Assembly: GCA_964016885.1 (NCBI GenBank)
Contig: OZ024745.1
Span: forward strand, 112,778,001-112,842,000
Length of the DNA: 64,000 nt
From: Eledone cirrhosa
Lineage: Eukaryota
Reading direction: 5' to 3'
Part shown: piece by piece, positions 1 through 22,630 of the stretch
Position numbering within the stretch: position 1 is the first letter of the stretch
Layout: every line of letters begins with the position of its first letter
Program-made: the position numbers and the translations under genes
Notes under the pieces: model-generated
What the model saw: only the letters and a program-made list of their open reading frames with translations
What the model was told of the DNA's origin: nothing
Database searches by the model: none

Positions 1-594
1 TCACTTCTAACGACGCTCACTACTATGCAGACGTCACTTCTAACGACGCTCACTACTATGTAGATGTCACTTCTAACGACGCTCACTACTATGTAGACGT
101 CACTTCTAACGACGCTCACTACTATGTAGACGTCACTTCTAACGACGCTCACTACTATGTAGACGTCACTTCTAACGACGCTCACTACTATGTAGATGTC
201 ACTTCTAACGACGCTCACTACTATGTAGATGTCACTTCTAACGACGCTCACTACTATGTAGACGTCACTTCTAACGACGCTCACTACTATGTAGACGTCA
301 CTTCTAACGACACTCACTACTATGTAGATGTCACTTCTAACAACACTCACTACTATGCAGACGTCACTTCTAACAACGCTCACTACTATGCAGACGTCAC
401 TTCTAACGACACTCACTACTATGTAGACGTCACTTCTAACGACACTCACTACTATGCAGACGTCACTTCTAACGACGCTCACTACTATGTAGATGTCACT
501 TCTAACGACACTCACTACTATGCAGACGTCACTTCTAACGACGCTCACTACTATGCAGACGTCACTTCTAACGACGCTCACTACTATGCAGACG
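1..594. repeat. 33-bp minisatellite, ~18 copies visible (runs off the window start)
   Basis: Unit TCACTTCTAACGACGCTCACTACTATG(C/T)AGA(C/T)G repeated head-to-tail; variants are mostly C/T and G/A transitions. Confidence 0.97.
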
Positions 595-788
595 ATGCCA
601 TTCTTCCCTCCTCCCTAACATTCTCATACAGTTGTTATCCACTGACAATCGAGATAAACTTTCATAAAAACCTGTACTGTCTCCTCTAAATGTGATCTAA
701 ACAGTCTCTAATGGGGAAATGGCAGTCTATTTTCTTTCAACAACACAGATACAATCACTGTTCATATCAAAGAAGCAATCCTGTACAC

Positions 789-1012
789 GGTGGTGCGTGG
801 CGTAATGATAAGTGTGTTGGACTTACGATCATAGTAGATTTGATTCCAGGACTGGGTTGTGTGTTGTGTTCTTGAGCAAATGTGAAATAAAGTGGAACAA
901 TGTGAAATAAAGTGTCTTGCTCAAGGACACATCGCATCACTCGGTCCAGGAATCGAACTCACAACCTCACGATTGTAAGCCCAATGCTCTAAGCACTAAG
1001 CCATACACCTTC
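789..1012. mobile_element. Two degenerate tRNA-derived SINE heads in opposite orientation
   Basis: GCGTGGCGTAATG...GATTCC...GTGTTCTTGAGCAA on + followed by TTGCTCAAGGACAC...GGAATCGAACTC...CACTAAGCCA (the same family on -). Related heads occur at 15045-15160, 25113 and 37251. Confidence 0.65.
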
Positions 1013-1538
1013 ACTTGATGATTCTACGAAGCTCAATTAAGATCCATAATGCAACACTTTCCCACATCTAGGAATTCCAACGACAGGTTGTATACATTGC
1101 ATTACATTTAAATCCTCTCATCTCACTCTCATATAACGAAGCTTACCACTGTTTATAGGCATAGTTTGTGTTTAGTTGATGTTTAGTCGAAAATCAGCCT
1201 TGTATGAAAACACCTATGATTAACAGACATGACCATCGTGATTTTTCCAGACTACATTATCCAATATTTACTTTTGAGATGATACCACGTGGTTTGAAGG
1301 AAACGTCTAGCAGGTCATGTGGGCAGATAGTCTCACTTATTGTTTAGGTTTCATCAGTATCATGGGTTTCCATTCCTTTTCCCAGTTTAACGATCAAACA
1401 AAACAATCAATATTTGATTGCTCGGCCTGTTAACTTTAAGAGCTCCTCTATATTGCCCCTTACAACCCGAACATTTGAAAAAAGTAAAAAAAAACAACAA
1501 ACATAATAATTTAAAGAATATAATGATGTTAATACATT

Positions 1539-1544
1539 TTTATT
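1539..1544 (-). terminator. Candidate polyadenylation signal of the FABP gene
   Basis: AATAAA on the minus strand ~290 nt downstream of the FABP stop codon. Confidence 0.45.
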
Positions 1545-1830
1545 TCTCAATGAGAGAAGAGGTTATCTTGAACTTTAGCAGTGGGATATGAAGTATATGC
1601 CATTGAATATACACAGCCGAATTAAGAAAGTAACATCGCCTACAGTATTTTCATTGCAAATCCGCCATGTTAACATATAAGAAGTATACAAAATGAAATA
1701 TAACTAATCAGTAATATAAATACTATAGATATGTGGCTTTTTCATAGGGCTGTGTACGTTTGTAATTCCCGTTGTTAAAATAGCTAGAGACAATATTTGG
1801 TGTTTAGATACATGAACTAAAAACATAACT

Positions 1831-12537
<10,707 letters not shown>

Positions 12538-12615
12538 CTTTTTCTCAAGGTTTTGAATTGAATATTATTCAAAAGTTGTTGATTTCTTGTTCTGTCTCAC
12601 AGTACTTCAGAAATT

Positions 12616-12650
12616 GACTGATAGATAATAATAATAAGGCCTATTATATA
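12616..12650 (-). promoter_or_regulatory. FABP core promoter: TATA box plus initiator
   Basis: TATATAA at 12650-12644 and TCAGTC (Inr-like) at 12621-12616, about 31 nt apart and ~80 nt upstream of the ATG. Confidence 0.7.
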
Positions 12651-12749
12651 GACAACATTCTTATCGAAGGTGACAACTTAATCTTCTTTGCTTTCTTCCT
12701 TAATCTAGGGTACTTGATGATAACTTTTTTTTTTTTTAAACTATAACTG

Positions 12750-12924
12750 TGAAAGTAGTAGTGGTTATGGTGGTGGTGGTGGTGGTGGTGGTGATGGTGG
12801 GGGAAGTGGTGGTTGTGGTGGTGATATTGGTAGTAGAAGCTGTTGTTGTTATTGTTCGTGGTGGTGGTGGTGGTGGTGAGGACGAGGATGTTGCTGCTGA
12901 TGATGATGATAGTGACGGTGGTGA

Positions 12925-12997
<73 letters not shown>

Positions 12998-13035
12998 GAT
13001 TATGATGATGATGCTATTGCTGCTACTACTGCTGA
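12750..13035. repeat. Compound trinucleotide microsatellite (GGT/GTT/GCT/GAT)
   Basis: Seen directly in the sequence. Confidence 0.95.
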
Positions 13036-13299
13036 CTTAAGTAACACCTATGATTTATGACTCATATCTTTTGTATATTGGCCATGCGAAAAAGGCCGCC
13101 ATATTTCTTTGTGTTACTGATATATTTTAGTTATCTCTGAATGTAAACCATAGGTAATTGATCTTTCGATATTAGTTTTCAGATAGATCATGATAAAGAA
13201 AATGAAGAGAAAGAAGAGGAGAAAGCGTTGATTCGTCGAGCATCAAGTAGCTTTAGGTAGTTGTGTCATAGTGTGTGACCCAGTGAAACGTATAGAAGT

Positions 13300-13585
13300 C
13301 ATTATAGTAGATCTAGAAGGGCGGTGGATTAAAGTACCGTTAAATCTGTCCAGCGATTCTTTCTTGGGGAATTCTAACTACATGCCCATAGTATCGGAGC
13401 TGTTATTTCTCAATTCGGAGAAGTAGCAGCTCTCTGACCTCCGAGTTACGCACTTTATGGAGTAACGTTACTCCAAAGACCCCTCGGAGGAATCCTATTT
13501 CGGCCGCTTATATTTGCGATCGTATTTTTTCGGTCATTACCCAAGATTCATGACCATAGGTAAGGGTTGGCACGAAAACCAAATT
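13300..13585 (-). mobile_element. RTE-clade LINE 3' ORF remnant
   Basis: Translates to VFVPTLTYGHESWVMTEKIRSQI*AAEIGFLRGV...QLRYYGHVVRIP, a typical RTE post-RT region with stops. Confidence 0.8.
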
Positions 13586-14435
13586 GTTTTCTTTTCACTA
13601 TATAAGTGTTTCTAGTTTGGTTTTTGGTGCTCCCTGAACTAACGTTACTATAAGGAAGAGATACAGTTGAACCTAAATCCTTCCTTTATTATAAATTCGA
13701 TTAAGATGACATCTGTAAGGTTAACTTGGTAGTCTGACTACTTAATTTAAGCGAAATATATTTTCTGCGATGCCTCCATTATCTATTCAAAGGGTATCAT
13801 TTGTTGTGACATGGTTTTAGTTGTGCTATCTATGATCTTCATTTTTGAACCGTCATGTTCACATTTGCTGAAGATAGGGAACCTAGTTAAATTTAGATTT
13901 AACTACATGTACAATTACACGCACACATAAAGCATAATCACTGATAATTCTATGCTAATGTGGACACCATATCACCTACAACAAGCTCTCATCTAACGGA
14001 ATCAAGATAATATTATTTAATGAATTTACAAGTGTATAGAGCAAGTTGAAGTAGCGATATGGTTTCAATCTCTGGTCAAAGCTATTCTGTTTCACTCACG
14101 TCACTCATGACATTGAGAAATGGACGGTCTTCACATTTTCTACTGCATCAAACCCTTTAAAATTAAAAGATTTAAAAAAAAATTTGTTAAAAATATACTT
14201 AATATGTAATGACTATAGGACTATTGAATGATCATGAAACTGACCAGGAGTTCATGTACCTTTCACAAGGAAACACAATATTATGTCAGAGTAATGTGTA
14301 TTAGGTAAGCACATTATTCTGACTGTCCTAATGAAGGCAGCTGACAAACAAATTCCATCTTGTAAAATCCATTTATTCATAGGCAAGCTGAAACTTTTGG
14401 ATATTGGGAGTATTCTGTCCTAACCTTTCCCTATT

Positions 14436-14822
14436 ATGGTGGATTGACAGTATCGGTAGAGGGTTGGACGCCATGCTTTCTGGCATAGTTACGTCCCTTT
14501 ACGGTCTGAGTTCAAATCCCGTCGAGGTTAACTTTGCCTTTCATCCTTACAGGGTCGATAAGATAAAGTACCAGTAATACACTGGTTAATTGCTGGCCTT
14601 GTGCCAATAGAAGAAACAATTATTTATACCCCTTTGGTGGATTGGCAGTATCGGTAGAGCGTCAAACACCATGCTTTGCACCATATAGTTATGACCCTTT
14701 ATGTTCTGAGTTCAAATCCCACCGAGGTTAACTTTGCCTTTCATCCTTACGGGGTCGATAAAATAAAGTACCAGTAATGCACTGGGGTAATTGCTGGCCT
14801 TGTGCCAAAAGTAGAAACAATT
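14436..14822 (+). mobile_element. Tandem pair of SINE family A copies
   Basis: Two ~188-bp units GGTGGATTGGCAGTATCGGTAGAG...GAGTTCAAATCCC...CTTGTGCCAAAAGTAGAAACAATTA. Confidence 0.9.
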
Positions 14823-15289
14823 ACTTATACCCCTACTTTCTAACTAATAAAGAAAGGTAAAAAATGATTTTGTTACTTTTGAATTCAGTTGAGCACTTTG
14901 ATGGGTATCTAAGGTTCTTTTTCTTTTTTATCCGAATCGACAGAATCCTAGACCTAATTAGCTTAACGAACGGGGTGGAGCTCGTCAGATCGGACCCCAA
15001 AAAATGTTTCGAATTGCTGATGCTATCTAACTGTCGCAACGTGAAGGAGCAACGTGTAATAAAGTGTCTTACTCAAGGACATAACGCATCGGCCGGCCTG
15101 GGGATCGAACTAGCAACTTCCCGGTTGTGAATTCAACTTTCTAACCATTAAACTACACACCTTCGCAAAACACTCAAGTAATATTAAGTTGTTAAAATTT
15201 GTGAAAAAAAAAAATCATCTGACAGAATAGGAGAATAAGAGTTTAAAGGATAAAGAATGCGTAATTATAGAGGTTGATTTCACAATACA

Positions 15290-15620
15290 GCACTCCGTCG
15301 GTTACGACGACGAGTGTTCCAATTGATATGATCAACGGATCAGCCTGCTCGTGAAATTAACGTGCAAGTGACTGAGCATTCCACAAACACGCATATCCAC
15401 AACGTAATTCTCAGGGAGATTCAGCGTGACACAGAATGCGACAAGGCTGGCCCTTCGAATTACAAATACAACTCATTTTTGCCATTTTTGCCAAAATGAA
15501 CTGGAGAAACGTGAAATAAAATGTCTTGCTCAAGGACACGGTACGCCGCCGGGAATCGAACTCACGACCTTAGGGTCTTGATCCGAATACCCCTAACCCA
15601 CAAAGCCAGGCGCCTTCACT
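15290..15620 (-). mobile_element. tRNA-derived SINE (different tail family)
   Basis: On -: tRNA-like head GTGAAGGCGCCTGGCT...GTGAGTTCGATTCCC followed by GTGTCCTTGAGCAAGACATTTTATTTCAC. Confidence 0.7.
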
Positions 15621-15889
15621 GATTTTACATTAAAGAAAGATAAAAGGTAAACCACAGAATAGTAAACAAACAAGGCACATTATATGAGAACGTTTAAACT
15701 CCTTAATGAAAGCAATTGACCTCTGTAAAGAGGTTCAACATTAATTTTAATCTTTATTTTTATATTCACTTATCTTCTTGTTCTTTTTTGTATCTCAACT
15801 GTAAGAAGTACTAGAGACTTCCATTAGTCTGTCATAGCTTACTAGCTCTATATGAACGTTTAGATTGATTAATTAAATAAATAAATAAA

Positions 15890-16145
15890 TGGATGCTGTG
15901 GATAACATAGCTCAGTTATGGGATGAAGTTAATCCCCCACCTCAACTTTGAAAGGTGCTTGGAAAATATATGACCAGACAATATCCGTGACTTAGAAGTT
16001 ATCCACAGAAAATTGACATTAAAATCGGTGAGATACTGTGACATTTGCACACAATGTATAGTTTGAAGAAGTTATAGAAGATGACGTGATTGGGTTGCTT
16101 GAGTCCCAAAGAAAAAAGTTTATCTAATGAGGAGCTGATGCTAAT
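15890..16145 (+). mobile_element. pogo/Tigger-type transposase C-terminal remnant
   Basis: MDAVDNIAQLWDEVNP...LKGAWK...FEEVIEDDVIGLLESQ...LSNEELM across frameshifts. Confidence 0.6.
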
Positions 16146-16259
16146 AGGACAAGAATACGTTCAGAATATAGAAATTTCAAGAGAAGTTTATAATGATCGT
16201 AGTTCCTAAATTTAGCTGTTAAAAGAAATCATCTCCCCATCTCAGCCTATCTTCCGACC

Positions 16260-16760
16260 GAACCAGAGAAACAAACTCATGCCAGGCTTCTCACTCAATT
16301 CTCACTTTTCATATTTCTGTTGAAGTCTTCAGTCCAGTGTTCTTTTGAAATATATCAATAAAGCTAGCAGTTTCTCTCTTACAAGTTATCCGTTCATGCA
16401 TTGACTGCTATAGAACTGGATTTGAAGCTGTTTCTTCAGGATGTCTCACAGTAATTGCCAATCACTGAGCTATTTCTACAGACAAGTTTGGTAAATCATT
16501 ATCAATTTCTGTATTGTAGGTGTGACTCTTCCAAAGTCAATAAGTACCATCCATAATATGTGGGAGTATATTCCATCTAGCTGATTTGTAAGCCTCTGTG
16601 TAAATGTCCATGTCCCACAGCCGTGTAACATGACTGATTCAACTGTTTCTCAAAAAGAGTCTGATCTTAATTCTCTTCTACGGGAGTGATTTCCAGACCT
16701 TTGATAGTTTATGACACTCTTACTATCTATTTTGCTCGTATTGATAAAGTGTTTAACTTT
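16260..16760 (-). mobile_element. Decayed RTE-like LINE fragment
   Basis: IRLF*ETVESVMLHGCGTWTFTQRLTNQLDGIY resembles the RTE 'L.YG.ETWT' region. Confidence 0.6.
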
Positions 16761-17232
16761 CTCAACTTCCACCTCGAGCCTTTCTAGTAGTTCCTGTGCT
16801 CAATATACCTTTTCTGACAGTATGACTATGCCACCATTGTTTCTCTACACTGTAAATCTGAAGTTCTTCCAACAAAGAGATGATGCATCATAAAAATGAA
16901 TTAACTTTGGATACGTTCTTTACACCCCAAGCAAATGTTGTGTACGGCAGGAAATAGAGTCCCTCATCCTCCTAGTAACTCTCATTCTATCACCTCCCCA
17001 CACACAGCAATCAACATCTTCCAGCTCCCTGTTGGAATCCAGTATAGGCGAAAACATATAGTTTTGATGCCTATGTACATGCACTGATAAGTCAGATTTG
17101 CATATGGAGCTGTCAGCCGGCTCGGCCTGAAAATACTATTAAGGCGTTCGCTCAGACATAGCTGAATACATATAGTTATGTGCATTTGTATATCTAGCGA
17201 TATACGATATGTTTACGAATAAACATTTGAAA

Positions 17233-17418
17233 GCCTTTAGCTATGAATTTTGGATGCTGGTGACTAGAGCCATGAGCAGAGAGCAGGGAGACGGGGCGTT
17301 GTCTTGTTAATGACCAGAGTCAGAAATAGTCAACTGTCGACAAATTACCCGCCCCTGCTTCTGCTGGAATCCACCCGATGGCTCTAGTCATCAGCTTCCA
17401 AAATTCATAGCTAAAGGC
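17233..17418. repeat. Fold-back element (MITE-like) with 41-bp terminal inverted repeats
   Basis: GCCTTTAGCTATGAATTTTGGATGCTGGTGACTAGAGCCAT pairs with ATGGCTCTAGTCATCAGCTTCCAAAATTCATAGCTAAAGGC; the inner AGCAGA.AGCAGGG / CCCTGCTTCTGCT also pair. Confidence 0.85.
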
Positions 17419-18478
17419 GAACAGAATACTTTGCGGTATTCGTTTCGGCTCTACTCTCTGAGTTCAAACCCACTGATCAACTTTGCCTTCCATCCATTCG
17501 AGATCGATAAAATAGTACCTATTAGGTGTCGATTCTTCCTCTGTGTCTCTTTCTCACTTTCATTCTCTCGCTGTCTATGCTTCTCTGGAAAAAAATGTTG
17601 TAATTAGACCTGGAGAGGAGATGAGCTTCGCCAGGCTTTAAAATGCTCAAGAGACATCGTATGTTAGTGCGGTGCGGCTACAACTCCCTGGGGAGGTACG
17701 GGCCCATACATACACATAAGTATGGAACATCTTTGAAAATGAATATACATTTTCGTGTGCGTGTACATGACAGTGATGAAAATAGTATTATATGGAGCAT
17801 ATCACGTAAGTTCACATGTGTGTCTATAATTATCAACTTGAATTTGAGATAACCTTCTCTTTTCTCTTTTTTCTTTTTTCATGAGAATGCATATATACTT
17901 ATGTTTGAAGTTTTATCTCAGATTTTGCTTATAGACCTAGGAATTTTTAAACTAAGCATGGGGTCATTTTTTCACACATTATGGATATGTGTCTCATTCA
18001 TGAATACTGATATTTACATTATAATACCTAATTCATAAAAATTGATAATTCAAATGGATGAGACATAATATATTTTTAATATATTTTAAATATATCATCT
18101 TTCTTTCTTTTTCTCCTCTACACTGGACGTGATTTATGTGTCGGCTATTTTAACTGTATCCCTTCCCTCCTTAACCTCTCACATATACGATGATCATCTG
18201 TCCCCAAGCTGCCTACTATATATTTTTTCACTTCCTCAATGTATTTCTCTCTCCCATATCTCCTTCTCTCTCTGTCTCGCTCTGTTGTTTTTCTTTACAT
18301 ACATCTCTTCATCTTCTTCTTCTTTTTTATTTACATACATCTCTTCATCTTCTTGTTTCTCTTCGTCCTTCTTTCTATATAACTGTCCTAACAGTTTCAC
18401 TACCAAATCAACTTTTTAAATGGAAGTTGCATTATTATAAGGTATGTCAAAATTATTTATAAAACAGCTTATATATTG

Positions 18479-18545
18479 TATTTTGTCTGAGGAAGGCATA
18501 CCATATTTTTTAATATGATATCCCAGAAATATATATAACGAAATA
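18479..18545 (+). ncRNA. Type-I hammerhead-like motif in a solo Penelope-type pseudo-LTR
   Basis: TATTTTGT-CTGAGGA-(long stem II)-GAAA-TATATA-TA-ACGAAATA: 8-bp stem I, intact core, palindromic stem III. Preceded by a pyrimidine-rich tract and followed by AATAAA and (TA)n. Confidence 0.6.
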
Positions 18546-18673
18546 AATATGGTTTTATAAATATAGTTTCCATTTGTTTAATATCGTAAACCTACTCCAA
18601 AAACTGTTGAGTGCTTTTATATCAGTTATAAAATATTTACTCGTTGTAACCCAACAATTTTAAATAAAACTTT

Positions 18674-18724
<51 letters not shown>

Positions 18725-18805
18725 TAAGAACCGTAGAGCAAATATTTATTAAAATAACAGATTATGTATAAATATATATATATATTTATTAAAATAACAG
18801 ATTAA

Positions 18806-18856
18806 AGTTTAAGCAAAGAATCGCTGTTTTCACCTTTAACGGGATCTTCTAAAACT
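18806..18856 (-). ncRNA. Hammerhead-like motif in the Penelope terminal repeat (other copies 21793-21838 +, 27858-27899 +, 28538-28587 -)
   Basis: Consensus AGTTT-CAGAAGA-t-CCC(gttaa)GGG-t-GAAA-GCAG(cgattct)TTGC-TT-AAACT: stems I, II and III all pair. Confidence 0.6.
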
Positions 18857-18943
18857 AACAAAGTCAATCTGTAAACGCAGAAGTGGATATTTAAAAAAAC
18901 GTTGCAACCGGAGGAAGACAGGAAGACGATACTTCGGTTCGTG

Positions 18944-19213
18944 GAAACGTTCCCTGGCAAAGAACGGGAAAAAACGAATATAATACGTCATTAATAGGAG
19001 CGGTGAAAAACAATTACACGCAAAGACAGAACTACGTTTTTGGTATAAAAGAAGTCGTAGACTAATGTTCTCTTAGGTGGTTCATAGAGACGTTCTCTGG
19101 CAATGAACGAAAAAAACGAAGATAATACGTCATATATGGAGCGTGGAGAACAATTGCACGCAAAGACAAAACCACGTAAATGGTATAACTGAAGTCGTAG
19201 ACTAAAATTCTAA
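18944..19213. repeat. Diverged ~143-bp tandem duplication in the Penelope 3' UTR
   Basis: ACGTTC.CTGGCAA.GAACG...AATACGTCAT...GCAAAGACA...GAAGTCGTAGACTAA occurs twice. Confidence 0.8.
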
Positions 19214-19789
19214 CTAGGAAACCGAATGATTCTCCGCTTCAGAGTAAAGAATAAAGTAAATAAAATACAATACAGAGGTAATTGAAATTAAATAAATACA
19301 TACACGCATGCAAATACGTACATACACAAGCATACGCGAAAACAGTCGCCATAGGTATACAAAACCACGCACATATAAATATGTGTATGTGTGTGTGCGT
19401 GTATACAAATAAATAAGTAATTAAATAAACGTATATAAATAAATAAATACGTATATAACAAGCGCACGCACATACCTACATGTAAATACACAAATGTTCG
19501 GAGATGAACGTCAACCAAAACATGAAGTACACATATACACGCACCCAACATACGTACGAACCCGCATACTCACACAGACGCAAAACTCCCGTAAACACAT
19601 AACCAAAAGCATATGTACCAGAATATATAAAAATATACGCCCTAACATATACAAGCAAATATACGTACGAGAAAGTATACGTACCTTCACAAAACATACA
19701 GGTAATACCTATGCAAATAAGTAATGGTATAAACATAACATATACTTAGCTACCACCTCAAGACGTAAAATATCCACGTATAGATCGTA

Positions 19790-20500
19790 CTATCCGTTAG
19801 GGTATAATGTTGGGCTGTAATACAGGAAAGTTTTGTGCAATTTATGTTTACAAGCCGAAATTGCCTCAGATTTTTTGTTTAAGATGTGGTCTGTGGCGTA
19901 GAGTATTTCTAGGGCCTCAGCGGCGCAGAGGTCACATGGTCTTTTATTTCCGTTATACGATCTAGCTCTAGCTAGGATCTCCCAGTGTAACTTATATTGG
20001 GTGTGGTTGTCATTTAGACTCCAGATATAAGCTGAAAGTGACGTCATATTCCTTCTTAGAGGGTAACGAAAATAATGGGTATGCATGTAAAGACGCTGCT
20101 TGAATCTATTGGAGGTTAACCCTATGTAGGCCCTACGGGACGTGGGTGTTTCAACCTTACATTTGTAGACAATGTTACTAGAGAGGCATTTCCTGGATAG
20201 GGGGCAATCAACCCGATTCCTACAATTACAGTTAGTACTAACCACAGGGTTGCACGTGTTCCTACGGCTAGGTAGTTTAGCTAAATTTGAAGCTGTGATG
20301 TTATGTGCAAGGTTAGGAGTCGTAGAGTAAGAAATTTTAATAGTATTTCTATTAAAAATTTTACTATATTTATGTGTAGGGGGAAAATGCTTCGTAATAA
20401 GGGATAGAAAGATCTTAGATAATGGTGTGGCCACCTCCATATTATATGGTGGGTTATACCATATAATGAGACGGGATCTATTTCTTCTAGGTCTATTCTC
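19790..20500 (-). CDS. Penelope-like C-terminal GIY-YIG endonuclease (disrupted)
   Basis: RNRSRLIIWYNPP linker, CNCR...CPL...C, IVYKC...AYIG.T...FKQR...H, CDLC..E, LNKKSE...CKHK. Confidence 0.9.
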   Translation of the reverse strand, partial: ENRPRRNRSRLIIWYNPPYNMEVATPLSKIFLSLITKHFPPTHKYSKIFNRNTIKISYSTTPNLAHNITASNLAKLPSRRNTCNPVVSTNCNCRNRVDCPLSRKCLSSNIVYKCKVETPTSRRAYIGLTSNRFKQRLYMHTHYFRYPLRRNMTSLSAYIWSLNDNHTQYKLHWEILARARSYNGNKRPCDLCAAEALEILYATDHILNKKSEAISACKHKLHKTFLYYSPTLYPNG

Positions 20501-20514
20501 GTACTCTGTATATG

Positions 20515-21780
20515 CTACCTTATCGACAAATCCACTTCATTGTAATAAGTGGAATGGTCGTTGAAAATATGCTCGTTAGTAGATAGACGGGAAAGCCTCA
20601 ACGAAACGTTTCTTACCAGGTTCTTGGTTATGCTGGCAGGATGGTTGGAATGCTTACTAATGTAATTAAGCGTATCATTCGGCTTTCTATACGGGTAATA
20701 CAAGCCATTCGATAAATTGAGGGTAACGTCGAGGTAATTAACGATGGAGAGGTTGGCCTCAACCTGTATAGAGAGGTTGAAGCCTTTAAAGAAGGCTGTG
20801 AGTTCTTTTCTGAACCTGTCGCAAGCACGAGGGCCGCACTTAGTCATGGTCAAAAGACCATCATCACGGTACAAACCACCGCCCGTGTTGGGGAATTCGT
20901 CCTTGATAGAGAAAAGAAGGAAAAGGCCGATAAGATCAGTAACCTCCGCAGAATCGCTGGCGCCCATACTCACGTCGAAAGGAGTACTATTAGATTTTTT
21001 AATCCAAATAGAGTCGTCGAAATTAATCACCGACTTACGGGCATTGAGGATGACATCAACTTCGAAATCCTTAACCACTGTGAGTGTTTTAGCGAAATTG
21101 ATAGCTCTAAGTAGAAGTGGTAAAGTGATGGAGGAGTAGTAATTATTGATGTCGAATTGGATAAAACGGCAATGTTCCTTGTTGCATATGCCGTTGAACC
21201 AATCAATCACCGCAAAAGAATTGTTCCACAGTGCAAGAGGGGCTAAACTTCTAATTACAGGTATAATTCTATCAAGAATCCTTTTACTAAGTCTACCTAA
21301 ATCGGACTTCGTAGGGTTAATAAGCCGAATAGGGGGGTTGTTCGGAATATTGGATTTGTGATCCTTCAGGGTAAAGTGGGGAAAAATAGGGTCCAGAGGT
21401 TCGGTCCGGTCCAGGATGTTGAGATCGGAGGTGATTTTAAACCCAGCATCGTTGATTTCATTGATGACGCACCGATTAGTTTTACGGTAATCCTTAGTTA
21501 CAGCATTATGTAGTAGTTGATGGTAAGTACTGCGTTCCATTTGATATAGGTTGCCAGTTTTGTCGGAATGGACGTGCACGGCATTAGAATCCTTAATAGA
21601 AAGAATTCTATTCTTCAGGTCCTGCTGGAAGAAATTGCTCCTATTCCGAAATTTGATACTCCGTATGAGTTCCAAGACATCATTTTCAAAGGGTAGTAAT
21701 GCTGGGTTACACGGAGGGTTATTATAGGTCTTAAACCCAAATTTATCCTGTTTGTTGTCAGCTTTTCGCGGATTATCGAA
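20515..21780 (-). CDS. Penelope-like reverse transcriptase (disrupted)
   Basis: FGFKT..PP, SDKTGNLY, TLKDHK...PIRLINP, FIQFDI..YYSSI, MGASDSAEV, GLYRDDGL, NYLDVTLNL, PYRKPN. The frame extends upstream of the 21675 ORF call to a stop near 21783 and is frameshifted relative to the endonuclease. Confidence 0.9.
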   Translation of the reverse strand, partial: FDNPRKADNKQDKFGFKTYNNPPCNPALLPFENDVLELIRSIKFRNRSNFFQQDLKNRILSIKDSNAVHVHSDKTGNLYQMERSTYHQLLHNAVTKDYRKTNRCVINEINDAGFKITSDLNILDRTEPLDPIFPHFTLKDHKSNIPNNPPIRLINPTKSDLGRLSKRILDRIIPVIRSLAPLALWNNSFAVIDWFNGICNKEHCRFIQFDINNYYSSITLPLLLRAINFAKTLTVVKDFEVDVILNARKSVINFDDSIWIKKSNSTPFDVSMGASDSAEVTDLIGLFLLFSIKDEFPNTGGGLYRDDGLLTMTKCGPRACDRFRKELTAFFKGFNLSIQVEANLSIVNYLDVTLNLSNGLYYPYRKPNDTLNYISKHSNHPASITKNLVRNVSLRLSRLSTNEHIFNDHSTYYNEVDLSIR

Positions 21781-21963
21781 CTAAAAGGCACTCAGAAGAT
21801 CCTGTTAAGGGTGAAAGCAGCGATTCTTTGCTTAAACTTTAATCTGTTATTTTAATAAATATTTGCTCTACGGTTTTTATATATTTGATATATATTTATC
21901 CTTATCGAGCCCTCTTTGGATTTTAGTCTTCAAATTTATTATTATTACTATATATATATATAT

Positions 21964-22133
<170 letters not shown>

Positions 22134-22213
22134 ATAATAATAAATTTGAAGACTAAAATCCAAAGAGGGCTCGATAAGGATAAATATATATCAAATATAT
22201 AAGAACCGTAGAG

Positions 22214-22266
<53 letters not shown>

Positions 22267-22344
22267 CAAATTTAGACGGGCACAAAACAGAGAAGCAGAC
22301 AAATAAAGGTTTATTAGGTTCACGCTCTTGAGAGTGGGGTGGGA

Positions 22345-22375
22345 GACGTCGTTTCGGGCATAAGCCCTTCTTCAG
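22345..22375 (-). ncRNA. Hammerhead core in a second pLTR-like sequence (~22264-23035)
   Basis: CTGAAGA-a-GGGC(ttat)GCCC-GAAA-CGACG-TC followed by AATAAA and (TA)n; stem I is not evident. Confidence 0.5.
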
Positions 22376-22445
22376 GATAAATAGGTTAGGAAGAGAGTTC
22401 CGAGGGTGTGTGGAAATACATTTAGAAAAAAGGGGAAAGGAGAAC

Positions 22446-22630
22446 AAATAAAAATAAAAATAAAAATAAAAATAAAAATAAAAATAAAAATAAAAATAAA
22501 AATAAAAATAAAAATAAAAATAAAAATAAAAATAAAAATAAAAATAAAAATAAAAATAAAAATAAAAATAAAAATAAAAATAAAAATAAAAATAAAAATA
22601 AAAATAAAAATAAAAATAAAAATAAAAATA
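22446..22630. repeat. (AAAAAT)n microsatellite, ~31 copies
   Basis: Seen directly in the sequence. Confidence 0.97.

Noticed and set aside
1-594. CRISPR-like periodicity of the 33-bp array (and the 40-bp array at 7396)
   Set aside because: Units are contiguous with no unique spacers, there are no cas genes, and the context is eukaryotic.
12749-13060. Poly-V/A/D ORF upstream of FABP
   Set aside because: Compound trinucleotide microsatellite.
14324-14404. CTAATGA...GAAAC hammerhead-like pattern
   Set aside because: Core G5 is mutated, there is no UH triplet and the stems are weak.
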